Of a DNA stretch of 64,000 nt, positions 24,431-35,014 are shown one piece after another. Both the position numbers and the translations under genes were made by a program. The notes beneath the pieces were generated by a model. That model was not told where the DNA came from and did not search any database. It worked only from the letters and a program-made list of their open reading frames with translations. Location: contig CM061255.1 in assembly GCA_022605425.2 (NCBI GenBank), positions 186,001 through 250,000 of the forward strand. The letters are read 5' to 3'. The stretch is from Hamiltosporidium tvaerminnensis FI-OER-3-3 (lineage: Eukaryota > Fungi > Microsporidia). Position 1 is the first letter of the stretch; every line of letters begins with the position of its first letter.

Positions 24431-26333
24431 TTTTGTAATTTTTTGTAAATCTAACCTTTGTTTTAATTATTAAATATTTTTTCTTTAAGTCGTTATATAA
24501 TGACATTTTTTTGCAAATATAACCTTGGAAAAAGCAAAATTAATTTTTTAAATAAAATTATTAAATGCCTCTGGTTTTTCTCTTAAGTCATTTTCTTGTA
24601 TCTTTTCAGTTTTTCATATATTTTTAATTTTAATTATTTTTTACTTTTATGAAATAAATTAACTGGAAAACAAAAGAAATGAAAAAAAGAATAAAATTGG
24701 CTATAAAATATGAAACCCGTATTTGTTTATAAACGAGACAATTATATTTAATTTGTTAACTATAAAATAATCTATTATGATGATAATTTTAAAATATAAT
24801 TTTATACTTTTTGTGAAGTTCTATAAGTAATAAACATTCTTCTTAACTTCGTTGAATATAATAACAAAAACATTCTTTATGAAACCAAACCTTTTTTTTG
24901 TTCTCTACCGTTATATCTTTTTTGTAGCAATACACTAAAAAAGTTAAATTTTTGATTTAAGGTATTTAAACTACAATATTTTTTCGAAGAATTTATTTTT
25001 TTTAATCGATATAGTTTGAAAATATTCGATTCAATTAAATATATCTCACTCGTATCTAATTGATAGTTATTGCATGGCGATTCAATTATAGATACAAGTT
25101 TTATTTATTCTCTTTTTTTCGGTGTTTGAATAGAATGATTCATAAATTGTATATTTTTAGTATCTACTGATATTCTATCTATACTATCTTAAGATATCTT
25201 TCTGTGAGAATAATATATTATTTGGTGCGTATCTGATTATATCTAAGTAAATCTATTAAAATATAAATCGATCTTTATTTTCAGGCAGATATACTGACAT
25301 TTATTTCAAGCTTACGAACAATTTTAAGATTGTATCATAGAACTTATGTCTTGATATATAGGTTGTATTACTTTTTGGTAATAAAATAAATGATTTATCA
25401 GCACATATTTGATTTGTTAATTTTTTTAAAAAGTCTTTTCCATAGTCTATTTGTAAGATAAAGTGTGACACTTTTAGGAAAATAAGATTTACCAGCGAGT
25501 AGTGATAGTTTTCGCCGGTTTGCCTCGCTAATCTATTAAAAAATTGTGTGTATGTATCCAGAATGTGACGTATTAATACAAGGTCATTATTATGTGTTGC
25601 ATATTTCTGAATTTCTTAATCTCATTTCGAAACTTCTCATCTATGATCTGTAGTCATCGCTTTAATTGCATGATTAAGCTTTAAAAGCTATTATATAGTC
25701 AATTTGGGAAATTTTTAAAAATATTTTGTTTCGTTCTTGATACAATCGCTGTATTTTATGTTAATTTCTTGATACATTGCTTCCATTGTGATCTGAAATA
25801 AAGATGTAAATAAAAGCTTTTTATTTTTCGATATTATTATCATAATTACTTCTTTGTTTGTGTTGTCAACATCTGTTGTATAACATCACCATTTTCAGTA
25901 ATTAAATCGTCTATCCATTTGAAACCTATCTTTCCTTATTAATATTTATCATGGAAGATACATTATCCAAAATTTTAAAGTATCGTTTGCCTTTTTTTTC
26001 CATATTTGTCACAATTCATTTCATTTTGATAAAAACGGTTATCTTTCAAAAATACAATATTTTCTTCTCAGAATTTGAAAAGAAATAATTTTAAACATAT
26101 ATCATAAGAACGTAAACCAAAACACAAAAATTTTATATTTAATTTAGCTGTGTAATAAACTATAAACTCGAATTTAATTTATATTAAATCTATCCATCAA
26201 GTTATATTTAAATACATTTTAAATATCCAATTACCTTACCTCCTTATCTTCTATCTCTTATCATACACATCATACACAGTAATATACTATTACATCACAT
26301 CCTTTTTATATACCTCTCTTACTCTATACACAC

Positions 26334-26738
26334 ATGCTATTCCCAGGTATGAAATACATAAAACTACTTCTTTTTATAATACTATTATATGACATAGGAT
26401 ATGCATACACAATATTCAAAATAAATGCATTTCCTTTGTACATATCATTACCACTACTAACATTAGAACTACTTCTAAAATTATTTCACACAATAATTTG
26501 CTTTGGAAAAATAACTAAAAAAGTTATTAATATATCAATATTATCTATAATACTTTCTATGTTAATTACTATATATATGTATTATCCTATTATGTCTTAT
26601 TATTATGTATTTATCAGTGATATAATTGTTGGTTTTATCTTTTATACTTCAGTTATATCTTTGATTGTTGATTTGTGTGCTATTGTTGTACTTACGGTTG
26701 TCAAAAAGTATATAATGTTTGCTGTGCACATGCAATAA
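26334..26738 (+). CDS. Small polytopic membrane protein (about 4 TM helices), paralogue of 22346..22804
   Basis: Hydrophobic 134-aa ORF colinear with 22346..22804. Confidence 0.8.
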   Translation: MLFPGMKYIKLLLFIILLYDIGYAYTIFKINAFPLYISLPLLTLELLLKLFHTIICFGKITKKVINISILSIILSMLITIYMYYPIMSYYYVFISDIIVGFIFYTSVISLIVDLCAIVVLTVVKKYIMFAVHMQ

Positions 26739-26809
26739 ATAAAGGTTTTTTATCTATTAGATATTAAATTAAATATTGATCATAACTATAAAATATTTGG
26801 AGTTTAAAT

Positions 26810-26950
26810 CATCTTATTCGGTTATCTTATTTACATATATTATTCTAATCATCTTACTTAAATATATTATTCTAATTATCTTATTTACATATATTATTCT
26901 GATTATCTTATTTACATATATTATTTTGACTATATTATTCTAATTATCTG
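26810..26950. repeat. ~27-bp tandem repeat (ttatcttatttacatatattattctaa), 4-5 copies
   Basis: The unit is directly visible, and the array ends where copy C of the structured element begins. Confidence 0.8.
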
Positions 26951-27237
26951 TAGAGTAAGAAGTCTTGCTGCATAGGTTTGAAAAAGCCAATAGTATGTCT
27001 CGGCCTTCGATCACACTCCATGCAACGGACATTAACGAACTACGGGCAACTGCCTCACCTAGTAATTAGGTTCTACACACCTGGTAGATGAAAATTTAAG
27101 TAACATAGGTATCAAAGAAGTACTGATGAAGTGTTAAACAATAGTTATTTATGTTAAACCTAGAACTGGGTTAATGCAATGAAAACAAATATAACACTTG
27201 CCACTATTTTAAAAAAGATGTGATACTTTTAAATAAA
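26951..27237 (+). ncRNA. 5'-truncated copy C (3' ~290 nt) of the structured non-coding repeat family
   Basis: tcggccttcgatcacactccatgcaacggacattaacgaac, aattaggttctacacacctggtagatgaaa and tgaaaacaaatataacacttgccactattttaaaaa are nearly identical to copy B. Confidence 0.7.
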
Positions 27238-27728
27238 CTTTGAGGATATTAATATTCTTAAAAGTTTTATAAGATTAAATTATAAAATCAAACAGTACTG
27301 TTATATATCAGTATGATTTTAACAAAATGGTTGAATAGATGTAATTATGTTAAAAGAAAGTTATAATTTAAAGAAAGTGTTAAAAACGGATTTTTAAAGT
27401 CATACTAATATTATTTATAATTATTTTTGTTTAGTGTTCAATGGAATATAAAATATCCATTTATAAATAAATTTGACTTGCTTAAATAATATGAAAATGG
27501 AAATTATTAAATTATCTTATTTTTTGATTAATACAAGTAAAAATTATAAATTATTTATGTTTCTTATACTTTTTATATGTAGAGATAATGAAGTGAGTTC
27601 TTAGTATTTTTATTACGATTCATATTTTAGAATTATTATACTTTAAATTAATATTAAAGAGATTTATTTAAACGAATAAAATTTAAATTTCTGTTAAATA
27701 TTAAATGTGTATTGTAACGTAAATGATA

Positions 27729-28035
27729 GTTTTAATTTAAAATATTCCTTCTCTCCATAAGATAATATGATGATCTGAGATTTTGTTTTGTGTAAACAAC
27801 AGTTTTATTTAAAATATTCCTTCTCTCCATAAGATAATATGATGATCTGAGATTCATTGTACGTAAAAGACTGTTTTATTTAAAATATTCCTTCTCTTCG
27901 TAAGATGATATGATGATCTGAGATTTATTGTACGTAAAAGACTGTTTTATTTAAAATATTATTTCTCTCCATAAGATAATGGGAAGATCCGAGATTTATT
28001 GTACGTAAAAGACTGTTTTATTTAAAATCTTTCCC
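27729..28035. repeat. 71-bp tandem repeat, about 4.3 copies, running into the DBP4 start region
   Basis: gttttatttaaaatattccttctctccataagataatatgatgatctgagatt... units start at 27802, 27873, 27944 and 28015. The last partial unit carries the CCCCC motif before ATG 28047. Confidence 0.9.
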
Positions 28036-28046
28036 CCTCAAATAAA

Positions 28047-30149
28047 ATGAATATCAAAGATTTATCGTTACATAAGCCAATAAAAAGAGCTTTGAAAGAA
28101 AATAAAATAGAAAACTTAACAGAAATACAGCAACTTACTATTCCAGCAGCCATGAGTGGAAAAGACATTTTGGGTATTTCAAAGACAGGATCTGGTAAGA
28201 CTTTATGTTTTGTAATACCGTTATTACAAAGATTAGTAGATAATAAATGGTGTATGGAGGATGGACTTGGTGGTTTAATAATAACACCTACACGTGAATT
28301 AGCGGTACAAATTTTTAATGTTTTAAAAAAAATAGGAAAAAACTGTTATTTAAGTTGTGGTCTTATAATAGGAGGAATAGAAAGTAAAGGAGAGAAAGAA
28401 GTTATCGGAAAGATGAATATATTAGTGTGTACTCCTGGTAGGTTATTACATCATATTTTGGAAACTCCATATTTTGATATTTCCAATGTACAAATATTGG
28501 TAATTGATGAAACAGATAAATTATTAGAAATGGGGTTTAAAAAAGATATTTTGGAAATAATGTCATATTTACCGGTAAAAAGACAAAATATATTTTTAAG
28601 TGCTACGCCTAAATCTATAAATCAAAAGAATTTATTTATTGATTTCGATTCAATAGAAATATTTTCTGCGTATAAAAATGAAAATACAAATGAAAATAAA
28701 AAAGTGAAAAATAATTTGGAGCATTTTTTTTATGTTTTGAGTATTTGTGACAAAGTGGAATATTTATATACGATTTTGAAAAATAATAATTCCAAAAAAA
28801 TTATTGTTTTCTTTTCGACTTGTAAAGAAGCAAAATTTTATTTCTTAGTTTTTTCTAAGTTAAAAATGCGATGTAAGTTTAATTTATTGAATGGTTCTAT
28901 CAAACAAGAAAAGAGAATGGAAGTATATGATAGTTTTAAGAGAGAAAAGAGCGGTATTTTGTTTTGTACTGATGTTGTGTCTAGAGGGTTAGATTTTCCT
29001 GGTGTGGATATTGTTATACAATATGATTGCCCTGAATGTGTAGAGACGTATGTTCATAGAGCAGGTAGGACGGGTAGATTTGATAAAGAAGGAATTTCTA
29101 TTTTGTTTCTGTTAAAAAGTGAGAAAGGTATAATTCAGGACATAAATAAAGGGAAATGGAAAGAGGGAAGTAAGGAGAGAGGAACTGAAGGGAAAGAAGG
29201 AAATGTAAGTGAAAGGAGTGTAATTGAAGGTAAAAAAGGGAGTGTGAGTGGATGTAAAGAAGGAAATGTAAGTGAAAGGAGTGTAAGTGAAGATAGAAAA
29301 GGGAGTGTGAGTGGATGTAAAGAAGGAAATGTAAGTGAAAGGAGTGTAATTGAAGGTAAAAAAGGGAGTGTGAGTGAAGGTAAAGAAGGAAATGTAGGTG
29401 AAAGGAGTGTAAGTGAAGGTAAAAAAGGGAGTGTGAGTGAAGGTAAAAAAGGGAGTTTGAGTGAAGGTAAAGAAGTCAAAAGTAAGAAAAACAAGGAAGA
29501 TTCCAACGACAAAATAATTTACGAAGGTAAAAAATTAGAAATAAAAAAAATTCAAAACCAAATAAAATCCTTGATTGCAGAACACGAAGAAATAAAAATA
29601 TTTGCTGAAAAATACATAAAAACTTTTTATAGATTTATTGAAATGAACAGTAAAAAGTATTTAGAAGGGACCAAAGAACAGATATGTAAGTTAAAAGAAT
29701 ATTTTGGATTTGAAGATTTTTCAGATGAAAGTGAAGAAGAATTTGAAAATATAAGAAATACGAAAGAGAGTGATAGCGAAAGAGAAGATAATAAGGGAGA
29801 TAGAGAAGGTAGCAAAGAAAAGCATAAAGGAAATATAATTAGACAAGATGATAAGGAAAATGAGGAAAGAGAAAATAGTAAGAAAAATTATAAAAGAGAT
29901 ATGGAAAGAGAAAATATTTATAAAAGAAATAAAAAATCTCAAATTATTAATAATTCTAAAAGAAATGAAGAATTTAAAAATATAGAATATTTAAATTCGG
30001 ATAGAAAGATTAACAAGAAAAGACTTGTTGGTAAAGTAAAAAATACAAAAATAATTTTTGATGAAAATGGGAATGAAGAAGAGTTTTATAGAGATGAAAT
30101 CACTAAAAAAGAAATAGAAGAAGGATTGGGAAAAAAGGGGTTTAAATAG
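28047..30149 (+). CDS. DBP4: DEAD-box RNA helicase Dbp4/DDX10 (SSU processome)
   Basis: Q motif LTEIQ, GSGKT, the W..EDGLGGLIITPTRELA signature of Dbp4/DDX10, TPGRLL, DETD, SAT, SRGLDF and HRAGRTGR. Confidence 0.88.
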   Translation: MNIKDLSLHKPIKRALKENKIENLTEIQQLTIPAAMSGKDILGISKTGSGKTLCFVIPLLQRLVDNKWCMEDGLGGLIITPTRELAVQIFNVLKKIGKNCYLSCGLIIGGIESKGEKEVIGKMNILVCTPGRLLHHILETPYFDISNVQILVIDETDKLLEMGFKKDILEIMSYLPVKRQNIFLSATPKSINQKNLFIDFDSIEIFSAYKNENTNENKKVKNNLEHFFYVLSICDKVEYLYTILKNNNSKKIIVFFSTCKEAKFYFLVFSKLKMRCKFNLLNGSIKQEKRMEVYDSFKREKSGILFCTDVVSRGLDFPGVDIVIQYDCPECVETYVHRAGRTGRFDKEGISILFLLKSEKGIIQDINKGKWKEGSKERGTEGKEGNVSERSVIEGKKGSVSGCKEGNVSERSVSEDRKGSVSGCKEGNVSERSVIEGKKGSVSEGKEGNVGERSVSEGKKGSVSEGKKGSLSEGKEVKSKKNKEDSNDKIIYEGKKLEIKKIQNQIKSLIAEHEEIKIFAEKYIKTFYRFIEMNSKKYLEGTKEQICKLKEYFGFEDFSDESEEEFENIRNTKESDSEREDNKGDREGSKEKHKGNIIRQDDKENEERENSKKNYKRDMERENIYKRNKKSQIINNSKRNEEFKNIEYLNSDRKINKKRLVGKVKNTKIIFDENGNEEEFYRDEITKKEIEEGLGKKGFK
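29185..29476 (+). repeat. Coding tandem repeat (EGKEGNVSERSV[I/S]EGKKGSVS; ~60-bp unit) within DBP4
   Basis: Repeated aaagaaggaaatgtaagtgaaaggagtgtaa and gaaggtaaaaaagggagtgtgagtg. Confidence 0.9.
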
Positions 30150-30342
30150 ATTATTTGGTCTTATTTTACTACAATTTTTTATTTTAAATCTTTTATATTT
30201 TTTTACAAATAAATATTTAAATTTTTTTTTTCTTTTTACACTTCATATAATCTTTTTTATATTTTAGAGCTGAAATGAAAAGCCAAATTGAATTGTGTTT
30301 GAAAAAAAAGTATGAAATGTAAAAAAATTTTAAATAAAAAAT

Positions 30343-30517
30343 AATTTTATAAGATATATGATAGTAAGGATTTATAAATTAAAGAGTAATCTGATAGAAA
30401 AAATATTTTATAAGATGTGAGATAATAGGGGTTTATAAATTAAAGAGTAATCTGATAGAAAATAATTTTATAAGATGTATGATAGTAGGGATTTATAAAT
30501 TAAAGAGTAATCTGATA
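30343..30517. repeat. ~60-bp tandem repeat x3 between DBP4 and VPS1
   Basis: ttttataagat...gatagtagggatttataaattaaagagtaatctgata occurs three times. Confidence 0.85.
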
Positions 30518-30784
30518 ATCTTTATTAAAACATTTTATTGGAATAAAAATAGTCATAAATTTAAATGTTTTCTAATAAATCTACTTATGTATTTTATATT
30601 ATATTTTGAATCGAATTATTTAAATATTTATAAAATTTTTTACTTTTAAATCTTTTTTAATTGAATTAATTAAATTTTAAAAAATATAGAAAAAATATAT
30701 TTGAAACAGAACAGAAACATATGTTTTAGTTTTCATTTATTTATGTATTTTTGTAACAAAGAAGAAAGAAATATGCATACGACT

Positions 30785-32674
30785 ATGGATTTGTTGATAG
30801 AAAAGATAAATGAATTACAAGATATATGTACTGAAAATGGTATAAGTCATACATTAGATTTACCGCAAATTGTAGTAATAGGAAGTCAAAGTTCTGGAAA
30901 AACGAGTGTGTTGGAGAATATAGTGGGGAAAGATTTTTTACCACGGGGGTCTGGAATTGTGACAAGAAGACCTTTAATATTACAACTTATATATACTAAA
31001 GATGCAGATGAAGAGTATGCTGTGTTCAATCATTGTCCAACTAAAATATTTAGAAGTTTTGAAGCTGTTCGGCAGGAAATAACTGATGAGACTAATCGCC
31101 ATATAAAAGCTAAAAATGATGTTTCGCATGTTCCTATTACTTTAAAATTGTATTCTAGCAAAGTACTTACATTAACACTCGTTGATTTGCCTGGTCTTGT
31201 GAAAGTGCCAACAGGAGATCAACCGAAAAATATTTGTTTAAAAATTGAAGAAATGTGTAAAAGATTTATTTCTAATAAGAATGCTATAATTTTGGCAGTT
31301 ACTGCTGCAAATGTAGATATTTCTAATTCTGATGCACTTCATTTAGCTAGAACAGTCGATAGTTGCTATGAAAGAACCATCGGTGTGCTCACAAAAGTAG
31401 ATCTAATGGATCCTGGAACTGATATAGTAGATGTGTTGGCAGGAAGAATTTTAACTCTAAAATTGGGATTTGTACCGGTTGTGAATCGCGGCCAGAATGA
31501 TATTGAAAGAAAGAAATCCATTAGACTTGCGTTGGAAGATGAAAAAATATTTTTTGAATCGCATTCGTCATATCGAAGAAATAAGCAATATTGTGGTACT
31601 TTATATCTCGTAACAAAGTTAAACAATGTTTTGCACGAACATATAAAGGCTTGTCTTCCTGGTCTACAAGAAAAAATAAATGTACTTTTATATGAAAATC
31701 AATTGGAATTAAGTCGAATGGGATGTGTGAATTTATCTCCAAAAGAATCCATTCTTAGGATTATAAATGATTTGAATAAAAAATTTACTGATGTTTTGAA
31801 GGGAAACTGTGATATTTCATCTACTGAAATATACGGCGGGGCAAGACTTAATTATACTTTTCACTCTCATTTCAGTAAATTTATAAGCAGCTTGAATGCT
31901 ATGGAAAGTCTTAAAGATGAAAGTATACGAACATTACTTTACAATTCAACCGGATCTTCTTCGTTACTCTTATTTTCACACACAGCATTCGAAAAACTTA
32001 CAAAAACTAGTATTTCTGTTTTGAAGCCACATTCTCTTAAATTAATCAGTGTAATATTTAACGAATTGGTCAAAATAATACATGCAGTGTGTCAATCTGT
32101 TGTAGGTAGATTCCCTAGTCTAAATGATAAAATTATATCTTGTTTGATCGGTCTTCTTAAGAAAAACAGTGAACACACTCATAATCTTGTCTCCTCGTTT
32201 ATCGATTGGAACATGAATTATATTAGTACAAGGCATCCCGATTTCATAAAATGGAATGAAGTACTTACGAAGGAAATCGAACGAACCGAAATGTTTTCTT
32301 TTAAAGATGATAATCAAGTTTTTAAATCCAAAGATAAAAGAATAACATTTGATTCACCACCCAATATTCTTAAAATAAACAGTGCAATTTCCGAACAAGA
32401 AATGATGGAAATAAATATTATTAAATCTCTTGTTGTCTCATACTTTGAAATTATTAAGAAAATTGTGGTCGACCAAATTCCAAAAGCTATAATGTGCGAA
32501 TTGGTTTATAAATCAGAAGAAAAGATGCAAGAAATACTTTTTAGTGAAATATATGAGTGTAAAGGTATTGAAGATCTTGTAACAGAATCAGATGAAACTT
32601 CTGAAAAAAGAAAAAGATTGGAGAAAAATATTAAGGCCTTGAAACAAGCTTACGATTTGATGTGTTCAATCTGA
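30785..32674 (+). CDS. VPS1: Dynamin-related GTPase (Vps1/Dnm1 family)
   Basis: LDLPQIVVIGSQSSGKTSVLE (G1), LPRGSGIVTRRPL (G2), DLPG (G3), TKVD (G4), middle-domain GGARL and C-terminal GED (DQIPKAIM). The start is probably MDLLIEKINELQD at 30785 (alternative 30773). Vps1 versus Dnm1 cannot be fully resolved by eye. Confidence 0.88.
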   Translation: MDLLIEKINELQDICTENGISHTLDLPQIVVIGSQSSGKTSVLENIVGKDFLPRGSGIVTRRPLILQLIYTKDADEEYAVFNHCPTKIFRSFEAVRQEITDETNRHIKAKNDVSHVPITLKLYSSKVLTLTLVDLPGLVKVPTGDQPKNICLKIEEMCKRFISNKNAIILAVTAANVDISNSDALHLARTVDSCYERTIGVLTKVDLMDPGTDIVDVLAGRILTLKLGFVPVVNRGQNDIERKKSIRLALEDEKIFFESHSSYRRNKQYCGTLYLVTKLNNVLHEHIKACLPGLQEKINVLLYENQLELSRMGCVNLSPKESILRIINDLNKKFTDVLKGNCDISSTEIYGGARLNYTFHSHFSKFISSLNAMESLKDESIRTLLYNSTGSSSLLLFSHTAFEKLTKTSISVLKPHSLKLISVIFNELVKIIHAVCQSVVGRFPSLNDKIISCLIGLLKKNSEHTHNLVSSFIDWNMNYISTRHPDFIKWNEVLTKEIERTEMFSFKDDNQVFKSKDKRITFDSPPNILKINSAISEQEMMEINIIKSLVVSYFEIIKKIVVDQIPKAIMCELVYKSEEKMQEILFSEIYECKGIEDLVTESDETSEKRKRLEKNIKALKQAYDLMCSI

Positions 32675-35014
32675 TTTCATTAAATTTATCATTTATTTTT
32701 ATATTTTACTTATGATAGACTTGAATTTTATTGACGTATAACAAAATTAATTTAAATATTTTATTCTACAGTGAGAATATGAAATTTATTAAGTGAATTA
32801 TTTTAAAATTCCGGAGGAACGGTGTTTAAAAATAATTTCATGTATTTTTTTTTAGGGGCCGGGATACATTATTTCTTAGAACGATCTCCATAAATTTAGT
32901 TTATATGTAAAACTATGGTTGAAACGGAAAAAAAAATATTTTAGATGTAATTAATTTTTTATCTACATAGTACGTTTTTAGAAACAGTAAATCAAGTTTT
33001 ATAAATTGTTTTACCAGCATGATAACCTTAAAAAAATACTCTAATATCGAATATAAACAAGTAAATTTCACTTATCAATACATTTTTTTGAATCATATTA
33101 GGAATTTCTACAAATATGTAATAAAAAAATTATGAAAAAATTAAATAAACTTATATATTCGCTTCACAGCAAAAAATAAATCGTATTGTATGTTCGTATT
33201 GCTATATTCTTAATTCATATTCTAAGTATTAATTCGAGTGTTTTCGAATATTTTTCTTATATAAAATTTCTTTTTATATATTTCTAGCTGATAATTATAT
33301 TTTAGAAAAATAAAGTTTTGAAATTTATACGCAAGATAAGGATTTTTTTTAAATAGCACAAGAATATTCGTATAATTTAGGATATAATGCGATTTTTATA
33401 AATATAGGAGTCATATATAACAATAAAATAAATTTATGATCTTTCTTTAGTATTTATATTTGATTGTACATTAAAAACATAAAAAAATTAAAAAAAAAAG
33501 CTAAATTATTTAGAAAAATTAAAATTTATTTAAATTTCTTCAGAGACAAAGCTTTTTTTGATAAAATTTGTGTTAAATAATATTCTGATTCGTTAAACGC
33601 TTAGATTTTTTTAGTTCAGAAATTATACATTAATGAGACTTTTTTACTTTTTTGTCTCGGTTTAAATGCTTCTTACTTTAGTTTAGATAATCATTTATAT
33701 GTAGATAATATTTGAATTATATACCTTAAAAGTAAACTAATTCAAATATATTTAAATCCGATTAGAAGAAAATAAAGCTTTAAGATTAATTGATTTAAAA
33801 TAAAAATAATTGATCATATTAATATATTCTAATGGAAGTTAATACAAAAATATAGCATCTAATCGCCTATAAAGGTATAGATAGATGAAGATTGGTTGGT
33901 TCTTTATCATAATATTTTCTATTTACATTAATTGCTGTTATAGTTTTTCTCAAAAGATTTGGTAGTTTTTAATTTATAATATAAAAAATGTTCTAAACTA
34001 TTGAAACTCGAAATAAATGATGCCATATTTGGTTTTGGATAAATTGAAGTGGTTTTCATGATCTCTAATATTTTATTTCATATCAACAAAACAGTGTCTT
34101 AATTTATAAAAGCCATCTCCGATTATTGACACAAATTTCGAACTAACTACATGACCATTTATTATATAAAGATTAAAAACCTTTGATTTGGTATTATTCT
34201 TGTACTATTTGGTATTCACTATATACAACAATCGGTTATTAGAGGGATAAGACTTATTTAAATGCTTTAATGGAACAAATATATTACTCATGCTAATCCT
34301 TTAAACAAATCACTCACATGAGTAAAAAGAAGAGATTAAAAAAATAAAAACCTGAAATATATTAGAAAACTCTTTGAATAAATAAGAAATGAGAAACCAA
34401 GGCCTATTTTGAGAGATAAAAACAATTAGATTGTATAAAATAGTTTTACTTTATATTTTAAAGATTTAAAACCAATATCTTGGTATGAAAATAGTTTCAA
34501 ATATATTGTTTATACTTAACTATCATTATAAAAGCCGTTAAAGATATAATACATGGCTCTAAAAAGCAAAAAAATCTATACTTTAGTTAAATTATATAGA
34601 GATACGAGATTTAAATTGAAAAAACCGAAACTTTAAATCAAACTGCAGGTATCAAAATATAGAAAAATATCCAAGTATAAAAGACCGGTTCTTTAAACCC
34701 GAAAATGAAATGGGGAAGAAAAAAAATAATAAAAACAAGCCGATATTTAATAAACTCAATTATATTTACCTCAAAACATGATTATAGTTTATGTATTATG
34801 AAAGTGTTTATTGTATGCTCTAATTAAAACCAAAGTAATTTTTCACTGCTAAATTATAAAATTTTGCTATAAATTTCTTTATTTTTAGTAAATGGTCTTT
34901 TTATTGTGAATTTTTTTCGTCTGAAGTTTAATTCTTAATATTTCAAAATCTAAGTCAATTTTAATTTGTGAAAATCAGACAATTAAGGCTATAATAAACT
35001 TAAATAAATACCCC

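Noticed and set aside
24177-24473. Phe-rich 98-aa ORF
   Set aside because: It is the translation of a T-rich low-complexity tract and starts at a TTG.
26996-27012. U2 snRNA-like 5' word (tctcggcctt)
   Set aside because: No following GCUAAGAUCAAGUGUAGUA branch-recognition sequence, so the match is probably coincidental.
22823-28035. CRISPR arrays suggested by the regular repeats
   Set aside because: The units are contiguous tandem copies without unique spacers, the context is eukaryotic, and there are no cas genes.
29135-29512. Antisense 125-aa L/P/S/T-repeat ORF
   Set aside because: It is the shadow of the coding tandem repeat in DBP4. Other antisense or overlapping ORFs inside 16603-18957, VPS1, DSK2 and 54848-55624 are rejected for the same reason.
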